Shown in pieces: positions 25,402 to 28,692 of a stretch of 28,692 nucleotides of DNA (position 1 is its first letter; each line of letters opens with the position of its first letter). Position numbers and translations under genes: made by a program. The notes below the pieces were generated by a model. The model was not told where the DNA came from, searched no databases, and saw nothing but the letters and a program-made list of their open reading frames with translations. Source of the DNA: an uncultured Dictyoglomota bacterium (GTDB lineage Bacteria > Dictyoglomota > Dictyoglomia > Dictyoglomales > Dictyoglomaceae); assembly GCA_964654465.1 (NCBI GenBank), contig CAZZIO010000060.1, positions 1 through 28,692 of the forward strand, in the 5' to 3' direction.

Positions 25402-26582
25402 AAATAGCATTCTTTACAAATAACTATTTACCAAATACAGGAGGAGCTGCCATAGCTGTAGAAAGCTATAGAGAAGCTTTGGAGAAGCTTGGTCATGAAG
25501 TTCATGTATTTGCTCCCAAATATCCACCATGGTTCCCTAAATACAAAGAAGACAATGAAAAACATATAATAAGATTTCCGTCTATTGCATTAAGATTTAT
25601 AACTCCTCAACCGTTACCCCTATATTTCTCTTTCTTAGTAGAAGATTACTTTAGAAAACAAGATTTTGATATTGTCCATTCACATCATCCGTTTGTAATA
25701 GGAAAAACTGCTCTTAAACTTGCTAAAAAGTATAATAAACCAATTGTTTTTACCCATCATACTCAATACCATAAATATGTGCATTATATTCCCTTAATAC
25801 CCCAAACCATAACCTCCAAAATTGCCATAAAAGAAAGCGTAAAATACTCTAATCAAGTAGATCTTGTAATTGCTCCCACAAAAGAAATTAAAGATATGAT
25901 AATCAATTTTGGTGTAAAAACAAGAATAGAAGTCATACCTACAGGTATAGATTTTTCTTTATGGGAAAAACCTATTTCTAAAGATTTTTTAGACAAATTT
26001 CCATGGAAAGACAAAAAGATATTACTTTATGCTGGAAGACTTGCTAAAGAGAAAAATCTTGAATTTTTAATTCAAGCTCTTTCAAAATTATTAAAAGAAA
26101 GAGATGATATTGTGTTTTTAATTGTTGGTGATGGAGAAGAAAGAAAAAATCTGGAAAATCTTACAGAAAAATTAGATATAAAAGACAAGGTTATTTTCTT
26201 AGGATGGCATCCAAGAGAAGAGCTAATTTATTATTATAAAATAGCCCATATATTTGTTTTTGCATCCACCACAGAAACCCAAGGTTTAGTTACCTTAGAA
26301 GCTATGGCAGGAGGATGTGCTGTAGTAGCAGTAGAAGCCCCAGGCACAATAAGCTTAGTAGAAAATGGTAAAGAGGGTTTATTAGCGCAAGAAGATTACA
26401 ATGATTTCTATCAAAAAGTTCTATATCTACTTAATAACGAATCACTTCTACATAATATGAAAAACAATGCAATTAAGAAGGCTACTCAGTTTTCGATAAT
26501 GGAAAGCGCAAAGAAATTGGAAGAATTATATAAAGAAATCATAAAAAACAAAGAAAAAAATAAAAAAATTATAGAAAAATAA
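25398..26582 (+). CDS. GT4 glycosyltransferase, LafA/BgsB/alMGS-like (1,2-diacylglycerol glucosyltransferase)
   Basis: MKIAFFTNNYLP, HSHHPF, FTHHTQY, IPTGID, GRLAKEKN, STTETQGLVTLEAMA; ATGA overlap. Confidence 0.85.
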   Translation: MKIAFFTNNYLPNTGGAAIAVESYREALEKLGHEVHVFAPKYPPWFPKYKEDNEKHIIRFPSIALRFITPQPLPLYFSFLVEDYFRKQDFDIVHSHHPFVIGKTALKLAKKYNKPIVFTHHTQYHKYVHYIPLIPQTITSKIAIKESVKYSNQVDLVIAPTKEIKDMIINFGVKTRIEVIPTGIDFSLWEKPISKDFLDKFPWKDKKILLYAGRLAKEKNLEFLIQALSKLLKERDDIVFLIVGDGEERKNLENLTEKLDIKDKVIFLGWHPREELIYYYKIAHIFVFASTTETQGLVTLEAMAGGCAVVAVEAPGTISLVENGKEGLLAQEDYNDFYQKVLYLLNNESLLHNMKNNAIKKATQFSIMESAKKLEELYKEIIKNKEKNKKIIEK

Positions 26583-26625
26583 GAATTTTTGACATATATT
26601 TGCCATTTTTTTGCGTATTTTTCTG

Positions 26626-26655
26626 TTGAATAGATATTTAAAGTTAATATATATT
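26626..26655 (+). promoter_or_regulatory. Putative sigma70 promoter of groESL
   Basis: TTGAAT (26626-26631), 18 nt, TATATT (26650-26655), 10 nt upstream of CIRCE. Confidence 0.55.
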
Positions 26656-26665
26656 TATTTTGGTT

Positions 26666-26692
26666 TTAGCACTCATCTACTTAGATTGCTAA
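26666..26692 (+). promoter_or_regulatory. CIRCE element (HrcA operator)
   Basis: TTAGCACTC-ATCTACTTA-GATTGCTAA: one mismatch to TTAGCACTC-N9-GAGTGCTAA, directly upstream of groES. Confidence 0.95.
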
Positions 26693-26719
26693 TAAAATTA
26701 TGAAAGGAGGTCGAGACTT

Positions 26720-27010
26720 GTGAAATTGCGTCCTATTGGTGATCGTGTAGTGGTCAAGGTTATTGAGCAAGAAGAAAAAACAAAAGGAGGTATTGTTCTT
26801 CCTGACACTGCAAAAGAAAAACCCCAGCAAGGAAAAGTAATAGCAGTAGGTACTGGCAGAATCCTTGATAATGGGCAAAAAGTCCCATTAGAAATCAAAG
26901 AGGGAGATAGAGTTATTTTTGCAAAATATGCTGGTACTGAAGTAAAAATTGAAGGTGAAGAATATCTCATCCTTAGTGAGAGAGATATCTTAGCTGTAAT
27001 TGAAGAGTAA
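26720..27010 (+). CDS. groES: Co-chaperonin GroES
   Basis: [25 protein letters not shown] and [12 protein letters not shown] start with AAGGAGGT SD. Confidence 0.99.
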   Translation: MKLRPIGDRVVVKVIEQEEKTKGGIVLPDTAKEKPQQGKVIAVGTGRILDNGQKVPLEIKEGDRVIFAKYAGTEVKIEGEEYLILSERDILAVIEE

Positions 27011-27037
27011 AAAAATTTAAAAAAGGAGGGAGAGAAT

Positions 27038-28654
27038 ATGGCAGCCAAATTAGTTAGCCTTGACATGCAAGCAAGAACAGCACTTATAAGAGGACTTGAT
27101 ATCGTAGCAGATACTGTAAAAATTACTTTAGGACCTAAAGGAAGAAACGTAGTACTTGAAAAGAAATTTGGAGCACCTGTTATCACTAACGATGGTGTAA
27201 CCATTGCTAAAGAAATAGACCTTGAGGATCCATTTGAAAACATGGGTGCTCAACTTGTAAAAGAAGTAGCTTCCAAAACTAATGATGTAGCAGGTGACGG
27301 TACAACCACAGCTACAGTACTTGCTCAAGCATTAGTACATGAAGGAATGAAGCATGTAGTAGCTGGAGCTAACCCCATGTATGTAAGAAGAGGAATAGAA
27401 AAGGCAGTAGAGGCAGTAGTAGAAGAACTTAAAAAGATTGCAAAACCTGTAGAAACAAAAGATGATATAGCCCATGTTGCAGCCATTTCTGCTAATAACG
27501 ATGAAGAAATTGGAAAATTAATTGCTGAAGCAATGGATAAAGTTGGAAAAGACGGAGTAATAACTGTAGAAGAATCTCAAGGTATTACAACTACCTTAGA
27601 ACTTGTTGAGGGAATGCAATTTGATAGAGGTTACCTTTCTGCATATATGATTACAGATCCTGAAAGAATGGAAGCAGTATTAGAAGAACCATACATACTC
27701 ATAACTGATAGAAAAATAAGTGCAGTAAGTGATATTCTTCCAATACTTGAGAAAGTTGTTCAAACTGGAAAGCCATTAGTAATAATTGCAGAGGATGTAG
27801 AAGGTGAAGCATTAGCTACTCTTGTAGTCAATAAATTACGTGGCGTTCTCCAATCCTTAGCTGTAAAAGCTCCTGGATTTGGAGATAGAAGAAAAGCAAT
27901 GTTACAAGATATCGCTATCTTAACTGGTGGAGAGTTCATCTCTGAAGAAACAGGAATAAAACTTGAGAATGTAACATTAAATATGCTTGGAAGAGCAGAA
28001 AAAGTAAGAGCCAATAAAGACAAGACTACCATTATTGGAGGAAAAGGAAACAGAAAAGATATTGAGGCAAGAATAGCTCAAATTAAGAAACAATTAGAAG
28101 AGACTGATTCTGAATTTGATAGAGAAAAATTACAAGAAAGACTTGCAAAACTTGCTGGTGGAGTTGCTGTAATTAAAGTAGGAGCAGCTACTGAGGTAGA
28201 GCTTAAAGAGAAAAAACATAGAATTGAAGATGCTTTATCTGCTACAAGAGCTGCAGTAGAAGAAGGAATCGTACCTGGCGGTGGTGTGGCTCTTGTAAGA
28301 ACTATTAAAGTTCTTGATAATGTAAAAGTAGAAAATGAAGATGAAAGGATTGGATTAGAAATTGTAAGAAGATCCCTTGATGTACCATTAAAGCTCATTG
28401 CTACCAATGCTGGTAAAGAAGGATCTATTATTGCAGAAAAAGTCAAAGAGATGGATGGGCCAATGGGATATGATGCTGCAAAAGATAGATTTGTAAATAT
28501 GTTTGAAGCTGGAATTGTAGATCCTTGCAAAGTAACAAGATCTGCATTACAAAATGCTGCAAGTATAGCTGCATTAGTACTCACTACAGAAGGTCTTGTG
28601 GCTGAGAAACCAGAAAAAGAAAAGCAAACTCCACCTCCACCACCTGAGTACTAA
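27038..28654 (+). CDS. groEL: Chaperonin GroEL
   Basis: [39 protein letters not shown]. Confidence 0.99.
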   Translation: MAAKLVSLDMQARTALIRGLDIVADTVKITLGPKGRNVVLEKKFGAPVITNDGVTIAKEIDLEDPFENMGAQLVKEVASKTNDVAGDGTTTATVLAQALVHEGMKHVVAGANPMYVRRGIEKAVEAVVEELKKIAKPVETKDDIAHVAAISANNDEEIGKLIAEAMDKVGKDGVITVEESQGITTTLELVEGMQFDRGYLSAYMITDPERMEAVLEEPYILITDRKISAVSDILPILEKVVQTGKPLVIIAEDVEGEALATLVVNKLRGVLQSLAVKAPGFGDRRKAMLQDIAILTGGEFISEETGIKLENVTLNMLGRAEKVRANKDKTTIIGGKGNRKDIEARIAQIKKQLEETDSEFDREKLQERLAKLAGGVAVIKVGAATEVELKEKKHRIEDALSATRAAVEEGIVPGGGVALVRTIKVLDNVKVENEDERIGLEIVRRSLDVPLKLIATNAGKEGSIIAEKVKEMDGPMGYDAAKDRFVNMFEAGIVDPCKVTRSALQNAASIAALVLTTEGLVAEKPEKEKQTPPPPPEY

Positions 28655-28663
28655 TTGAAAACA

Positions 28664-28692
28664 AAAGCCCCCAAGATTCTCTTGGGGGCTTT
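28664..28692 (+). terminator. Intrinsic terminator after groEL (U-tract cut by the window edge; possibly bidirectional)
   Basis: AAAGCCCCCAAGA-TTC-TCTTGGGGGCTTT, a perfect 13-bp inverted repeat starting 10 nt after the stop. Confidence 0.9.

Noticed and set aside
26589..26594. Perfect TTGACA upstream of groES
   Set aside because: There is no acceptable -10 at 16-18 nt spacing; the TTGAAT/TATATT pair next to CIRCE fits better.
26681..28584. Long antisense ORFs over groES/groEL (181, 90 and 168 aa) and other short ones
   Set aside because: Antisense open frames over chaperonin genes are a common codon-pattern artefact; there is no independent evidence of coding.

Overview
This is an AT-rich, CpG-poor, gene-dense core-genome window from a bacterium. 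The Glu/Lys-rich proteins, AGA/ATA codon use and GroEL sequence suggest a thermophile, probably Dictyoglomota; that assignment is inference only. The minus-strand block (1-11163) holds a half-size UPF0016/GDT1 transporter gene, then rpoB-rpoC-rpsL-rpsG-fusA and the 5' end of tuf. The plus-strand block (11260-26582) is a tightly coupled run of 14 genes: MFS, rel, dtd, hisS, aspS, malic enzyme, purA, tsaE, tsaB, rimI, tsaD, a UPF0104 flippase-like protein and two GT4 glycosyltransferases. It is followed by a CIRCE-controlled groES-groEL operon and a terminator. I found no mobile element, CRISPR array, RNA gene or clearly new multi-gene system. The best leads are: (i) an unsplit RNA polymerase beta' with a ~257-aa trigger-loop insertion of three SBHM modules and many cyanobacteria-like signatures; (ii) a LafC/LafB/LafA-like glycolipid cassette joined to the t6A operon; (iii) a sharp NCG-codon/CpG anomaly confined to tuf; (iv) a singleton, probably dual-topology GDT1 half-transporter in the place normally taken by rplL, with a repeated motif in its divergent promoter region.
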